Shown: positions 1 through 13,952, counted from the stretch's first letter. The stretch is 64,000 nucleotides of DNA from Lingula anatina (GCA_051362555.1 CM120645.1:24332934-24396933); one strand, 5' to 3'. Numbers and translations: made by a program. Notes: generated by a model not told the origin, from the letters alone.

Positions 1-570
1 ACGATCTCTCGTCTGCACAGAAGTTTGCAACTGGGTCACTTGGAATCTAGAGTGACTTTGGTGACAAATCCGCTGTCGGACAAATACGAACACGTCGTGT
101 TTCATGAAGAGAAAGGGAACAAAGGTGGGGTCGCCATCGCGTCGAAAAATAGTTCTAAGGAGTTACTGGACCATACCACCGTAAAAAAGACGACAACATT
201 GAACGACCTCGCGAATATTATACCAGGCAGATTTAACAAAGCTTTCATGAAAATGGATATTGAAGACATGGAACTTAAAGCTTTAAATGCATCTGATGTT
301 TTATTCTCTGCTGTAGATATTCCTGTTATAGCAATCGAGTGGCTGTTTCATAAGAAAAAAATGGAAAGTCCCGAGGTGCGATATTTTGAAACCTGGTTCA
401 ATCGTATGGGTTATTTCCCATGTTACACACAAGGAGGTTCTTCTGGTCTTCTTGACTTTCATCTCCTGGGGGCTATTGCCTTGGACAGGAAATGGCGGGA
501 TATTAATGATATTTTCTTGGTTAGAAAAGATTTCTTCAAAGAAATTAAGCGCGTTGTGCGTATTGTGTAA
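1..570 (+). CDS. FkbM-family (Methyltransf_21) SAM-dependent methyltransferase, 5'-partial, paralog 1
   Basis: Frame is open from the window edge. It is near-identical to 1671-2000 of the next gene and has the MKMDIEDME motif (DIEG in the paralog). Stop at 568-570. Confidence 0.85.
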   Translation, partial: TISRLHRSLQLGHLESRVTLVTNPLSDKYEHVVFHEEKGNKGGVAIASKNSSKELLDHTTVKKTTTLNDLANIIPGRFNKAFMKMDIEDMELKALNASDVLFSAVDIPVIAIEWLFHKKKMESPEVRYFETWFNRMGYFPCYTQGGSSGLLDFHLLGAIALDRKWRDINDIFLVRKDFFKEIKRVVRIV

Positions 571-1241
571 TCAGAAATAATGACATCTCAATCCCTGAAA
601 CGGCTTTGTTGATCTAAATTGAATAGAGACATTTGGGGATAAATGACACAGATAAAAATATAGGTGGGTGAAGGTTAAAGATATGAACAAGGTTACATGA
701 CATCGCTACATTAATGCGTAGCTTTGTTCACAAATATCAGATTTAAATTCTACACCCCCCCCCCCAAAAAAAAAGATATCAATATATGGGAATATACCTG
801 TTTTGTTACTACTGTCCAATATTCTAATTCATAAGTACACAGTTCTGTATAAATCTACGTACACAGAGCCATCATAGGTAATGTTACCAACGTGAGACCC
901 ATTACCGAATAAAAAATGTGACTGTGTTATTCAAGCACTTGTTTAAGAAATGATAAAATGAAATATTTACTTATCGCCTGCCTTTTACCCTGGCAATGGG
1001 CTCTTGGAATATGCAAAACTTTAGAACACAAACCCAAAAACAAAATATTGAATAATCTACATTAGGCATTATATATAGGAGTGAATGGCGATAATGTGAT
1101 AGTGGGTTCTGGGCTGCAATAGTCCATTAGCGCAGATTTATCAATAACGTTATTACCGCAGGGAGGGTAAATTCTTTGTCTACCTTTGCCAAGAGAAAAA
1201 CTTTGCACGGCAAAATCGGTACAAAAAATTGCTAGGAAAAT

Positions 1242-2246
1242 ATGCGGACCGCTATATACATGAGAAATGTCTTGGTTATAGTGTTGATGATCCTGGTGAT
1301 AAAAACGTTGTACACAATCGTATATGTCAGATATGGACCTAACAGAGAAGTAAACGCTCATGGGAAGATTACCTTAGACGTGTTAGATTTACAGCTGCCG
1401 ACGAAAGGCGATTTCAAATGTGTCGAATTGAAAGTAACCAGCACAATATCGGCGCCTATCTGTGTCTATGAAGTCGAAGAAGACAAATATGTCTCCGGCG
1501 GTTTATCTAATGGCGGCATTTGGCAGAAAGATAACATTGAAGTGTTTCGCTTACTGGCAAATGAAGATCCTGAACTCAATTTGATAGATCTTGGTGCGAA
1601 TTTGGGAACATGGACAATTATTGCTGCAGCACTTGGAAAACAGGTGATCGCCGTCGAACCTTTCCCGCCAACAATCTCTCGTCTGCACAGAAGTTTGCAA
1701 TTGGGTCACTTGGAATCTAGAGTGACTTTGGTGACAAACCCACTGTCGGACAAATACGAAGATGTCGTGTTCAAAGTTTATCCCAGCAACAAAGGTGGAG
1801 TCGCCATCGCGGCGAAAAATAGTTCCGGGGACTTACTGGACCATAGCACTGTTAAAAAGACGACCACTTTGAACGACCTCGCGAGTATTATACCAGGCGG
1901 ATTTAACAAAGCTTTCATGAAAATGGATATAGAAGGCATGGAACTTAAAGCTTTGAATGCATCTGACGTTTTATTCTCTGTTGTAGATATTCCAGTTATA
2001 CTAACTGAATGGATGGCGTATCGGAAAAGATTAGATAAACCCGAGGTCAGATATTTTGAAGTCTGGTTCACTAATGCGGGCTATGTACCATGTTATATAG
2101 AAACAAGTCGTTCTTCTGTTGCTCAACTTGAATATCATCTCTTGGGGTCCATTAAATCAGACGTAAAATGGAAAGAAATCAGTGATGTTTTCTTGATAAA
2201 GAAAAACGTTTTAGAAGAATATAAGGGTAGGGGCCGTTTAGTGTGA
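1242..2246 (+). CDS. FkbM-family methyltransferase with N-terminal signal-anchor (type II membrane), intronless, paralog 2
   Basis: Hydrophobic segment VLVIVLMILVIKTLYTIVYV, SAM motif I IDLGANLG, VIAVEP and MKMDIEG. The start could also be the ATG at 1260. Confidence 0.9.
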   Translation: MRTAIYMRNVLVIVLMILVIKTLYTIVYVRYGPNREVNAHGKITLDVLDLQLPTKGDFKCVELKVTSTISAPICVYEVEEDKYVSGGLSNGGIWQKDNIEVFRLLANEDPELNLIDLGANLGTWTIIAAALGKQVIAVEPFPPTISRLHRSLQLGHLESRVTLVTNPLSDKYEDVVFKVYPSNKGGVAIAAKNSSGDLLDHSTVKKTTTLNDLASIIPGGFNKAFMKMDIEGMELKALNASDVLFSVVDIPVILTEWMAYRKRLDKPEVRYFEVWFTNAGYVPCYIETSRSSVAQLEYHLLGSIKSDVKWKEISDVFLIKKNVLEEYKGRGRLV

Positions 2247-2736
2247 TCATAAATACATCTCACCTCTTTAACAGCTTATCAAAGAAAGTACTTTTTTCGA
2301 TTAAACCAAATGTGTAAAGTAAAAGGGTATGTACGTGTAGGCCCCCTATTATGAAATTTGATGTCATATTCAATAATAAGAAATAAATGTGCAAGACTAA
2401 CCGTTTTTAAATAAAGTTGTTTTTATAATAGGCCTAAAGGTGTGATGTTTTTTTTTTTTTAATTTCTTTTCACAATCTGCCTTTTCAGATGTACAATGAA
2501 GTTTTACATAATTGTCAGATATATATTTGTTGTCTATTTTAAACCGGTGCATTTTTGACAAGCATGTTAACTTTGTGTCTTAACCTTTTTATTTCCCCAC
2601 CGGTACAGGAAACAGATGGTTGCTACATGTACTTCAAATACCGGCAATAAAATTATAAAACCGATTATAACATGTTGTGATTTTTATACATACCGATATA
2701 AATTGTTAAGATTGTGCATTATCTCATTCAATTATA

Positions 2737-4397
2737 CAGACTTGACATTTAATATGGAATATTTTTTTCTAAATCATCATTCATCAGTTTTTTTCCTATT
2801 TTGCAGACTGATAAATAAAAATAAGGATTAAAATTGTGTTTTAATAACTTTTGATAAAATGTTCCATGTCATTGCGACATCAATTCTTTAATTGACTTCG
2901 CCAGTGAAGCAAACAAAAATGCATTGCCAATTTTAAGTCATACGACAACCATTGAAAAATATATTTTGGATCTCCATATCTTCCAAATTATCGTCATTAA
3001 AAGACTTACACGACCCACAAAGGACCCTCATGACAGTGTCTAGTCACAGTAACAGTCGCTGCTATGCCTGACCTTATCTTCCTGCTACCAGAGCTTTCAA
3101 GAGGCAAGGCATTTCTTGCGATATTTTTTTAGAATTTAATCCGGAATAAAACTCCAGGCAACGGTTAAAACTTGTCCAATTTGGTTCAGTGTTGTTGTAG
3201 GACATGCAGGCCGTTGATTCGGCGACTATTGACCGAACCACATATTGTCAAAGTGGTTCAAATATGGCGATTTTGATGACCAAGGTAGCTGCTTATTCAT
3301 TTGGTTCTGTAAGTTATCTGCTATAAAAAGTTCTCTGTGTGAACCAGCAATCTGATCGTGCAACTTAAAACTGTTCCTAAGGTGCCCCCTATCAAATGAT
3401 AGTCAAGTGGTTCCCAGATTATTCCTTTATTTGTTTTGGTTCAGGTTTTCATCGATGACTTCCATTGGTGTTTTGGCACCAATGTGGTATCAACTCCAAA
3501 TATTGACGCTGTCAATGGTCCTAGTCACTTCAGAAGCGGCACACACCTTGTCGTAGGCCTCTTCAGGATGTCTGTAAACTCTTTTTTGACCAATTTAGCG
3601 GTACAGGTGAAATCTGACCTCAATAAAGAAAACAACGCGATTTCAGTGTTCTGCCCAGAAACGGTCATGGTCCCCAATTCATTAGAGAAACAAACCACGC
3701 TGTTTTGCTGTTTACAGTGGCTTCCTCAGAGGTCGCCTAATATCCTAACCTGCTGAAACCATTTTGGTCTTCGCTTAGCGCCTTGAAATACGCGTTTTGG
3801 TGACAATTTGCCCCTCATTTAAAACGGACTAGGCGGTTTTGGTTTAATTGTAGCAGCATTTCCTGAAGGACTATGAGTCCTGAATCTTGGTGGTAAGATA
3901 CCGATACATTGGACGTGTTGTCTGTGTGGGTACATAACTCTGGGCATTACTCTATGAAACTGTGCGGGCAGTTCCGTTTGGGGCAATAATCTGTCTGGCA
4001 ATGTCTGTCTTTTTCGCGCCATTCTGGCACAGCTTAACGATTTTGATAAACAATGCTTAACTCATTTTATGCACTGCAAAACCGACCGCTTGCATGCAAA
4101 ATTTCAAATTCTTCTATGCAATGGTTGCCGACATATGGATACATTTTTACATAACCATGCCTCGCCAAAGCCAAGCTTTGGCCAGCCCAAAGGAGCACTA
4201 CCCAATGAAATCACTGCATATTACACAGTGCAGCAATGCATCAGACTTGGTAATCAGTTAATTGGTAGAGACACACCTGTCTTCACACTTCCCCAGTCAG
4301 ATATCTTATATGAGATCTGAGATTTTTCGATAAAAAACTCATTTTAACCTAGGTATACCTTTAAAACTGAAATATTCCATATTAAATGTCAAGTCTG
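2737..4397 (-). mobile_element. Tc1-like DNA transposon, full length (1661 bp), with degenerate transposase
   Basis: Perfect 28-bp TIRs CAGACTTGACATTTAATATGGAATATTT (2737-2764 and 4370-4397), flanked by TA at 2735-2736 and 4398-4399. Minus-strand relics LPWSSKSPYLNHFDNMW (~3235-3290, cf. Tc1 WPxxSPDLNPIE) and GAKTPMEVIDENLNQNK* (~3425-3480). Confidence 0.92.
3040..4022 (-). pseudogene. Tc1 transposase pseudogene (stops and frameshifts)
   Basis: Recognisable DDE-domain fragments (VRFHLYR*IGQKRVYR, KTPMEVIDENLN, WSSKSPYLN) interrupted by stops. The 3' limit is approximate. Confidence 0.8.
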
Positions 4398-4579
4398 TAG
4401 TTACATGTATGTGTACTTTAAACAATATTTCACGTGTTTAGGCATTCACATATGAAAACTACCTTTGAATAGGTCGTTTAGCATGGGGATGTCTTCTGTA
4501 TTTATAAATGACATTCTTTCACAGACAGCAACGCTTTTTGAATGGTACGTACACTATGGACTCTTATCGCGTGACATAC

Positions 4580-7500
4580 CTTAGCAACTGTTGCCTGGCA
4601 CTTGAAGTTCTTACCCTCCATTATGTTAGACACACCAAGGCGGAGCTTCTTGCATGTCTGGCGTCTGACGTCACATATGCCTCCATCTTGAATTTCAGAC
4701 ACCACAGGAGGCTGGGAGTCCCGTAAAGAGCAATCTTGGGACACGTAAGGGGGTCGACATTGACACTTCCCGTTGACACAGTCCCCGTTACCACTACACT
4801 GGCTAGGGCACACTTTACTGCTGATGACTCCTGAGTTGACGATGGCTGCCAGTTCTCGTAGGTTGGCTGGTACAGCAACTGGAGTCCCACTGGCGGGCAG
4901 AGGGGGGAATTCAAGCTTTTCTACCTCGACCTGACATGTGGCCTCAAATATATCCCTGGCTGTCTCCAGGGCCACCGTCTCCTCGTCTAGCATCTGCCGA
5001 GGTTATGGTGTGAAATAGAGGAAGATAATCATTAAGGCATTTAACAAGCATATTATCTTTCGTGGAACAGTCTTTGGAGGATCTGGTTCACAAAATTAAA
5101 GCCCTGAAATCAAATAATTATAGCTACAACTGAATCGATGGAATAAAACCGAATATATGTCATAAATGAGGCTTTGACTCGTTCTTATAAGAGAGTGTTA
5201 AAGTTTACAAATGAATGCGAATAGTTAATGACTATAGTCTAGAATAACAATATTTTCACGTAAAGTTATGATCATTATAACTATGCAGTGAAAGTGACCA
5301 TCTATGCCGACGTCCCGTCTTACCTGTATGTCAGCCACACACTGTGACAAAATGAAAGAGTTGTCAAAATCTGGAACTTTATGGCACAGGCTGTAAACGG
5401 AGGAATTTCGTAGAACAGAGCTGAAAAGACAAATGTAAACCCGCCATTCTCAAATATGACGTAAAACAATAAAATGATAATTAATATCTGTTTGATTAAG
5501 ATAACAACGAGAAAGAAAATATTAAAATATTAATTGGATTTTTATCTGGTTGTATATTCAGAATGCCTGTAATTTTTGGCCAAGAAATTAAGCATTCTAA
5601 CATTAATATCTCACAACAGGAAAACAATTTTGTAGTCAACGTCGCCAAGATAGGTAGTATCAAGTTAAAACTTACCGGCACAAGTCCGAGGCATATATTT
5701 GGGTGCGACCCCCAGGAGTGGGCCAAGTAAAAGTGCGCACGGTTATTGGCGTATTTTCTGCATAATCAAATGGATAACTATACAGACTGAGGTCCACTAT
5801 CTCATCATCGTCTGCCGGACTATTCACTGCGGCGCTGCGTTTTCCATTTACTGCGGGATATCGAGTAAGAATTGGGGTATTAATTTTTGTATATCCATTA
5901 AGGTTGGCTTTATCACTAATGTGGCGGTTGAAGTCACACACTAGCGCGTTCGTATTGGTGTTGTTGTTCACAGACTGACAGTGACAGTAAGCTGTGTTGT
6001 TGCCTTGGGAACCCACAGACTTCACTATCTCTGGGATTTTGACGTTAGCCTGGAAATATGTGTTTTGACCTGGTACTCTGAAAGATAGTTCACAAAATTA
6101 ATGCCAAACAGTCCATGAACCGAATGTCTTAGTATACATTAAAAAAAAGAAGTTGATGATGATATAGTGTCCTTTGGGGAATGGAAGTTCGTTTTGTCGT
6201 AAACTGTTGACACATATGTGACATAATACTTTCGTAGATTTCAGAAAGTCTGTGAACTGAACTGAATTCCTCAATCCTTAAAACAACTAAAATGTTTTTT
6301 ATTGTCAGAAGGTATCTGGGGATCTCCACTGTTGAGTCAAGGGGAATAGCACTATTGAGCACGCGTGTATAATCATTTTTACTAATATTTGGTCATTTTG
6401 TCACTATCCTGTGACTAACAAATCCTAGGTTTGGACGTCATAATGGCCATCAAATTTGAAACATGAGTTTTTATTCTGCATTTAACAGGTATATTATATT
6501 AAGGTATATTATCTAAGTGCGTGGTTATTTATTCAGAAGATATGATGTGAATAACCTCATGTAAGTGCTTAATTAAGTCTCACCTGAGTGACTGGAAGAA
6601 CGAGCTAGTGTACCGATCATCATATCGGTTACCATTAAAGTTGCCGCACATGCCTGTCATCTGGTTCTTGAAGTAGCTTGGCGCGTGCACGTGCACGTTC
6701 ATGCCCATCCAATTCCACGCGTCCACGCGCACCCAAGCTCCCGAGGGCAGGGTGATCTGTAAGCACAAGGACAGTCTATATGTATGCACGTACATGAAAT
6801 TAGAACGTCCAAAATAAACGCAACATTGGTCAGAAGGAATCTTGAACTCCAATTATGCCTCTTGTTGACTGTATTTCACATAGATCTGGTCCTCGTTATT
6901 GTTCCGTAGTAATTCTTACGTATTATGGTACAGGGTGTCCCTATAGGTATCTAAAATATCTTTACAATTAACTCATATACTGTAGGTACCTACTATAAAC
7001 ATTAATAACTTAATACATTTTGCTCTTTGATAAGATACGCACTGGGTTTGGAATCCCATAAAACTCAAATTGAAAATGTTGTCCGAAAATTTTGACTTAC
7101 TATATGAGTGTTGGTAATGTATTCAATTATTTAGGGAAACTGTACATTTCAGTTAAGCGGACATTTATCATTTGGCCACGTGGCAAATTATTTGTCGTCA
7201 CTTAATTGTCTTCACTATTTGATCATAGCACGACATGAGCCTCTAAAATGAGTAAAACTGCACATTCGATTCCCTCAGCAGACCCACTTTGAAGCTTTTC
7301 CCATTTCCGTCTCTGTGAATGGCGGCGCCAGGAGCTGGACATCCGGTCCCGTGACCACAGTTATCAGCTGACCGCGTCCACACCTGAGGATTCAGCGCTC
7401 TCCCGACCCTACGCCCACCTTGACCTTGGCACGCGTTGATGACGAATATATCGTTGTTTTCTCTGACTGCCACTCCACAGTTGCACTTTGCCCAGGAATG

Positions 7501-10500
7501 CCAGCATTGCCAGTGTTGGGTGCGAACCTTTAAAATTATCCATATACGCTTTTAATTAATACGGTGAAATCTTGAACTGCGTTAAACACTGAAGCAGTCA
7601 AATATTTTTTATTCTTTGACAAACTGGAATATCCAACAGACAGTTCTGGCTTCCAGATATTTGTATATTTTCATCATTAAAGTTGTATCTGGTTGGGTAT
7701 AAAATATGTGCTCGCGTTAGGAACAGCACTGCTTGCCTCAAAATCGCTCACCTCAAAGTAAGTATTGGGTCCGTCATATTTTGCCATGATAAACTCTCCA
7801 ATACCATGATTATCAAAAGATCTGAAAACGAATAGAAACTTGTCAGAATTAAAAACTGCACTTATTTGTTTCGTTTTAATGTACATAAGAACGACCGCTA
7901 TTCAAACCAAAATCGTGAGTTTAGTATGTTACATGTAAGACTAACGACAACGTGCTGAATGATGTTGGCGACATGAACAACTGTAAAGAAAAAAAGTAAT
8001 ACATTGGTCATCATACTAGTAATATCTGTAAATGCAATTTGTGTGAATATTGTTGACGCTTTATCAAAGAAGATGGCATATGTTTCTCAAGACAACTGTT
8101 AATTTTAAGACCTAACGTGCCCGTCTACTTTAACTCAACATAAATGTAAATCAGTGAAATCCACCTGTACGAAATATTAATTATTCCTATTTTATGGCTT
8201 AAAAGACACATGTTAAATGCTTAAAACCATCAGTTACTTCACATTATTAGACCACTGCATGTACTTCATTCTGGGTCAAAGTCAATTAAAAGTTGCGTCA
8301 ATTAACTTAAGACAGTTACTTTAACATATTTGACCACCGTATATATAAGGCAAAAGTAAATTAAATTGGGTCTCAATTAAGACTGATGTTCCGTATTAGT
8401 GTCTTAGCAGAACCTAGCACAGAGTGCTGTACGTGGCCTACCTGCGGTCGAAGGATCTTACATGAGGGTCGTTGATGGACAAACACTCACTTGTAGACCT
8501 GGTGCTGGAGTCTTTCACGTTGACCTGCGGGTAAACACTCAATAAACTGTAGTTGTTTAGTTATACTTTTCATGCATGAATATATGGGATTAGATGTCAT
8601 TAGGCTAATTTTAGTTGGTTGGTCAACTATGAAAAGTGCCCCACTTTATTACTCCCAATTCACATTGTGCATGTGTTCATTGTTTAACTATATTTTTAAA
8701 TTTAAAATTCTACGACGCGCGCAATTTTAAACGCAATATTTATATTACAAAAATGTAGCCTGTTTAGTATCTGCAATTCTATTTTCACAATAGAGGTAGG
8801 ATTAAGTTTAAATAGAAATTAAAAACAAGTTTAAAGGAACACCGATTAACTCTTGTCTCATTTCCACTTTCAGAAAAACAGGAATTTAAATAGCTGCGTA
8901 TGTTTTACCTTCAATGGTTTGAGATGGAGCCCGTCCCACACACTGGTCGGAATGGCGGGATTAAAGGGGAGCCTGAACATCAACTTGTCAAAGCTCAGCT
9001 CCCTTGGGGGCCAGGCGGAGGGCATCAGTCTGGTCTTACCGTCATACACAGGGTAAATCACAAGGGGAGGTTTGGCCACCACGTGGTTCTTATGGCGGGC
9101 ACTCCAGTCCGTCTCGTGAAACGCAGTTGTACAACGATGGTGCAGCATCAGCGTCTTCTCGCTAGTGGAAACTTTCATAGGCATCTTGCCCAGTTGGTTC
9201 CCGTTAAAGGCCTTGGTTATTGGGATGGTTGACGCCAACTCGATTTCGAATGGTTTCATTTTTGCCTTGTCCAATGTGACTGTGGTCACTTCAGTTGTCG
9301 TCCCCTTCTTAAAGATCTGGCAGGATCACATTAAGTAACTTTTTAAATGAAGTTCTACGAAATCCTTGAGTATTGATATATCATCGATAATTCATCTTTT
9401 ATTAGTTTCAAGCTGTATTTCGAGCAAAATTCACGGTAATCATTTAAAAGGGCACCTTTTTACAAAGCAAAACAGAAAGATTTGGGGGCACTTTACTTAA
9501 TTAAGATATTGCTATATTTGTCAGCCAGTGCTTGTCAAGTTGATCGCTGTCGGCCTGAAAACGTTGATAGATGTCACCACTTACCTTGACCCCAGCAAAG
9601 TAGTCGTTTTTAGAGTTGACAAATGACGTCATGCCCAGATTCTGGTTATTATCCCAATAGCTTTTCGCCCGGCAGCTGATCTGAAAGAAAACACATTTTT
9701 GAAGAAGTATAATATTCGGGGTATAAAGAGCATCCCACTGCCGATGTACAAAGGAATGGACAAAAGCTTTATGAATAAAGCTCCAAGATCCATGCTGTTT
9801 TTATCAACGTCAGTAGCAGAAGAAAATACGAAGAAACGTATTTGTTTACACTTTTACTGTGTAATCGTATTTGTTGGAATATGAACTTGAATACTTATAA
9901 TAAATCAGAGAAATTTTATTAAAATATCAGTAAAAGTATTCACGTTTTTCTGTAGATTGCCTGTCAGATGTCTGTGGTGCATCTTTCCTGTGAAGTTGGT
10001 TGTGTGGTCCGCAGTCATCGTGTGAATGACTTTCCCATTGGCCATAAATTCTACCTGAAAGAGATTAGGGAATCAGGGGCTGCTACATGTAAAATAGTTA
10101 CAACAAAACAAAAATCGTTATTTTTTTTCAAAAAATATTGTTCCTCAGCCGATTTTTAATGATTGCATTTTCAATATTTTCTCAATAAAAAAGGATATAG
10201 TAAGTTTTTCAGACAAAAATTAAATTTAAACAAAACGCATTTGCTACGTGGAACAGTCGAATTCATATTAAAATATTTTCATATCTCGCCATAAAGAAAA
10301 AAAACAATAAACCATTCCATGTATCCTGATGGTTTATATCAAATAACCAGTTTAGTATGGCTAATGTGGCATAGGTATAAAATAATCTTGCAGCGACGGC
10401 GCTATCACTTCCACTAAAAATACCATGGACGTTAAGAGAGCATATTGAAACCTTCTGAATGCAAAATTAACTGATGTAACTTCCTGCAGTTCAAAGCGTG

Positions 10501-13437
10501 CGCTACGATATTTATACAATACTACACATCATCAGTAACTACCTCAAATTTAGCACTGGTCTCTAGGCCAAGGATTGGTTTCCAGTCGATGTCACAGTGA
10601 AAGTAGAAGTCTCTGCCATCGACGACGGGTGCTGAGATGCTGACCGTCTTGAAATCAGGGTGGTGAGTTGCTGAAAATACAGACGCATCTTTGGGAGCTG
10701 TATCCCGTAAGTCAATACGTCGTTTTTTCTATCATTGTACCCCTAACTAAGCTTACAGGCCCAAACCAGTTTTGTGGTTTTCCAGGATTCAAATCGAATA
10801 AATATCGGTATGCACACATGTTATGAACAAGCTAATACGTCGATCGTTAGGCAAAGTAGCAAAGGGTGAATTCAATTAACTTGTTCTTACTACATGTTTT
10901 TTTATTTACCATCATATCCCCGATTGAGTTCGCTTTAGCATATACTAATAACACGTCTGCATTTAAAATTAAGGAAGAAACAAGAAATGACATGCAACGC
11001 ATGCACGTATGTACGTATATGCGCATTTTAACATTTATCTAGGGTCACAACCATACGAACACTAATGTCATGTCCTTTTCTGACCCCTTTCCTATATATA
11101 GGACAAGTGCCTCAGCGTTGAGGGTGAACAAGGCGGCTTTAGTAACTAAACGGCCAGAATCAAGGGCACAGGGTCACGCGACGATGACCTTTTCATCTTA
11201 TCTGTCGTTCAATCCACTTTCCAATCGGTTAACGTCCGCTTGCCTCACCTGTCCCTGTCATGCTGCATAACGGGGGTAACCTTATCACACTTAACGCTCA
11301 AAGTAAAAATCGCCTGGCTACATGAAACTTTGTCCTTTGGTTGAATGTTTTATGTCTTTCGAAAACGATTATTCTCAAGAGGATGGACATACTAGTGCTC
11401 TAGGCACACCCTCTCGATAATATATGTGTCCCCCTTTTTGTGGGGGGAAAAACCTGATCTTGCTACAATGTGCGGTTACATGTATACTATTTGCTTGTCC
11501 CTGCAAATGCTTATGTATATATAAATCAAATGATTACTGATGCAATAATTAGTAATTTGTTAATATCTTTACAGATCGAGTTTATTTACTTTTATACTTT
11601 ATAAACCTCCTTAAATACACAATAATAATAAAGGAAGAGAAAATTAGGAACAAACGAAAAAAAGGAGCAGAAATAAAAAAAGTAATAACATACCAACACA
11701 TATCCGTTTTCCATTCACTGAGAGAGGTATTTCACCCACTTTACAAGGAATCGGTCCTTGCCCTAAAACATAATACCAACAGATACTGATAAAACATAAT
11801 ACCAACTGACACTGATAAAACATTGTTCACTTGTCAAATGCAAAAAATACACAGGACGCTCTCCCATTGGCTTCTCTCTGAGAGACTGAAACAAATCCCT
11901 GCACACTGTTACAGAAAGCATGTTGGATGCAATGCAGGTCTTTGAATGGAGGATTTTTTTTTTCACATTTGAGGTATTGATTGATTCACAGAACCAACGT
12001 GTAAGTAAGCTGTACATGTACGGTATACCTCTGTAGGTCTAAATCTGAAGAATACACTGAAGTAATGGTAAAAGGGCGCATGCGCACTCACCTTCTCCAC
12101 AGTATGCCATGTCACAACTTGGAACCTTTGGGAGCTTATAGATGAAATACTGATGCCCGTTGTCAACGCAGTTCTTAATTTCCACACTTAAGGTGGACAG
12201 TGGGTGGTAGTACGTCACACCAAAATACTTGAACGCGGCATGCTTGGTGACTATCTGTCCCGGTGTCATGGTGGCGGCGGTGGGATGCTTTCCCTCCAAA
12301 AATATGGGCGACTCGGTGGAGCAGGAGAGCGCCGGGAATGACTTGCCGGACTCGTCTGCCATACGCTCCCCAGCATTTCCAACAAACCTACGCCACACAA
12401 GGTTTACAATAACAAAATAAACTTACACTGATACCAGCACTTGTTTGTATAATTTATCTTTAAGTTTTAACCTTCACAAACATATAACATTTTCCTTCAC
12501 AGCAAAAATAAGCTCATTAGCATGAAAATAAGTATTTTTTCATTATTCATCTTTCCTCGCAAATACATTTACGATTTCATATATTCTTTCCTTCATTAAT
12601 TCAATCGTTCATTTTTCATCACTCTTCAGTAACGTTCCAAAGGCATACCGTACCTGTACCAGGCGTGAGGCTGTCCGTCGTCACAGATCACCGTCCCTGA
12701 CGAACGCGCCGTGGTGTTATAATTCCTCTCCTCGTCCTGAAGCCGGAAGTGGTTTGGGAAGACACACGGATCCTGCTGAGCATCCGTCGGTAAAGAAATG
12801 GCATTCAGCAGGAAGATTACTGGAAGACATGGTGGAAATATAAGAACAGTACCATCTACGTCCAGAGTCTGGTTTATATATGTACAGGTACTTCTCTGAC
12901 CAGTGTTTGTCCACTTGCGTTAAAAAGAGGGGGCGAAGGATAAATACCGGGGGTATAGGCTAGTATGTGCCATGGAATGTTGAACAGACGCTTTGAGTAA
13001 GGAGTTTGTTTAGTGCCATACAAAATAAATAACACCGATAAGCAAATGAAGTTACTGAACTTTCGAAAAAGTAGATTAAAATGGCTCAGCAAAATTGAGT
13101 TTTAAATGAAACATACAGGGGTGCAATACTATACATAAAATATTTTTGGCAAAAATGAGACACCATGTACATCTACATGTATACATGCAGTTTAAAATAT
13201 GTACGCACATCGACGTTGTGGGAAAACAGGTGAAAGTGTCCAGGCTTGGAAGACATAGGAATGGACAAAAACTTAGACTGTCTCAACGATCTCCACATGC
13301 TGTCATGAACGTTGTTAAATATCACCGATGGCACATTCTAAATACTCAACATTACCAAGTTCTTCAATATTGACGTTAAAATGCTAGTGCTCACCCACTA
13401 TGATGCCTGAAGTTCTGTGTGATATTCTTGGGGCCAT
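4580..13437 (-). CDS. VWDE-like secreted protein, copy A (15 exons; exons 16-21 absent from window)
   Basis: ATG at 13437 (MAPRISHRTSGIIVVIFLLNAISLPTDA signal peptide). Uromodulin/OIT3-type Cys domain (DPC...WYRFVG...CxxAYC), VWD domain (NDPHVRSFD; GMCGNFNG) and EGF (CPSQCSGNGDCVNGKCQC). Exons match copy B one-to-one down to 4580-4993. No stops or frameshifts seen in the exons read. Confidence 0.85.
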
Positions 13438-13952
13438 GGCGGACTTCTGGTTTCGTAACGTCTGTCTGATGAAAGCTATCGTCCCACAGCTATATCTACC
13501 AGTGAATGTCTGATAAAGATGTCACATCACTGTCCTAGGTCTGTTTATACAGAGGGTTATCAAATGGAGAAGAGCACATACAGCTATCAGCCGCTCCTGC
13601 TAGAGGGTATACAGTAGCTCTACAGAATGCTTTCATACCTGTAACTAGCAGGTATTTCTAAGATTTGACACCGTGGCATTAATTACAGTTTCGAAATTTA
13701 CAAAAAATATTATGAAAGAGGTTTTTATACAAGGACATAATCTGCAGCTTGTATACCTGTGATATTTTGTTATGAACGACAATTTGGGCACTGCAGATCT
13801 CACTTTATAAAAGGCGTTATGGTAATACAATTTCTTTAGTTGCAGCTAAGATCGGACTAGAGTAGTAGGTCGACAATTTCAATTTATTAAAACAGTAAAC
13901 TCGGGTTAAATGACTATGTATGGAAATCGAATGTGCAACTAAAACAAATAGT

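Noticed and set aside
4345-4365. Kolobok-like terminus (AGGTATACCTTTAA)
   Set aside because: No partner end was found, and it lies inside the Tc1 element defined by perfect TIRs.
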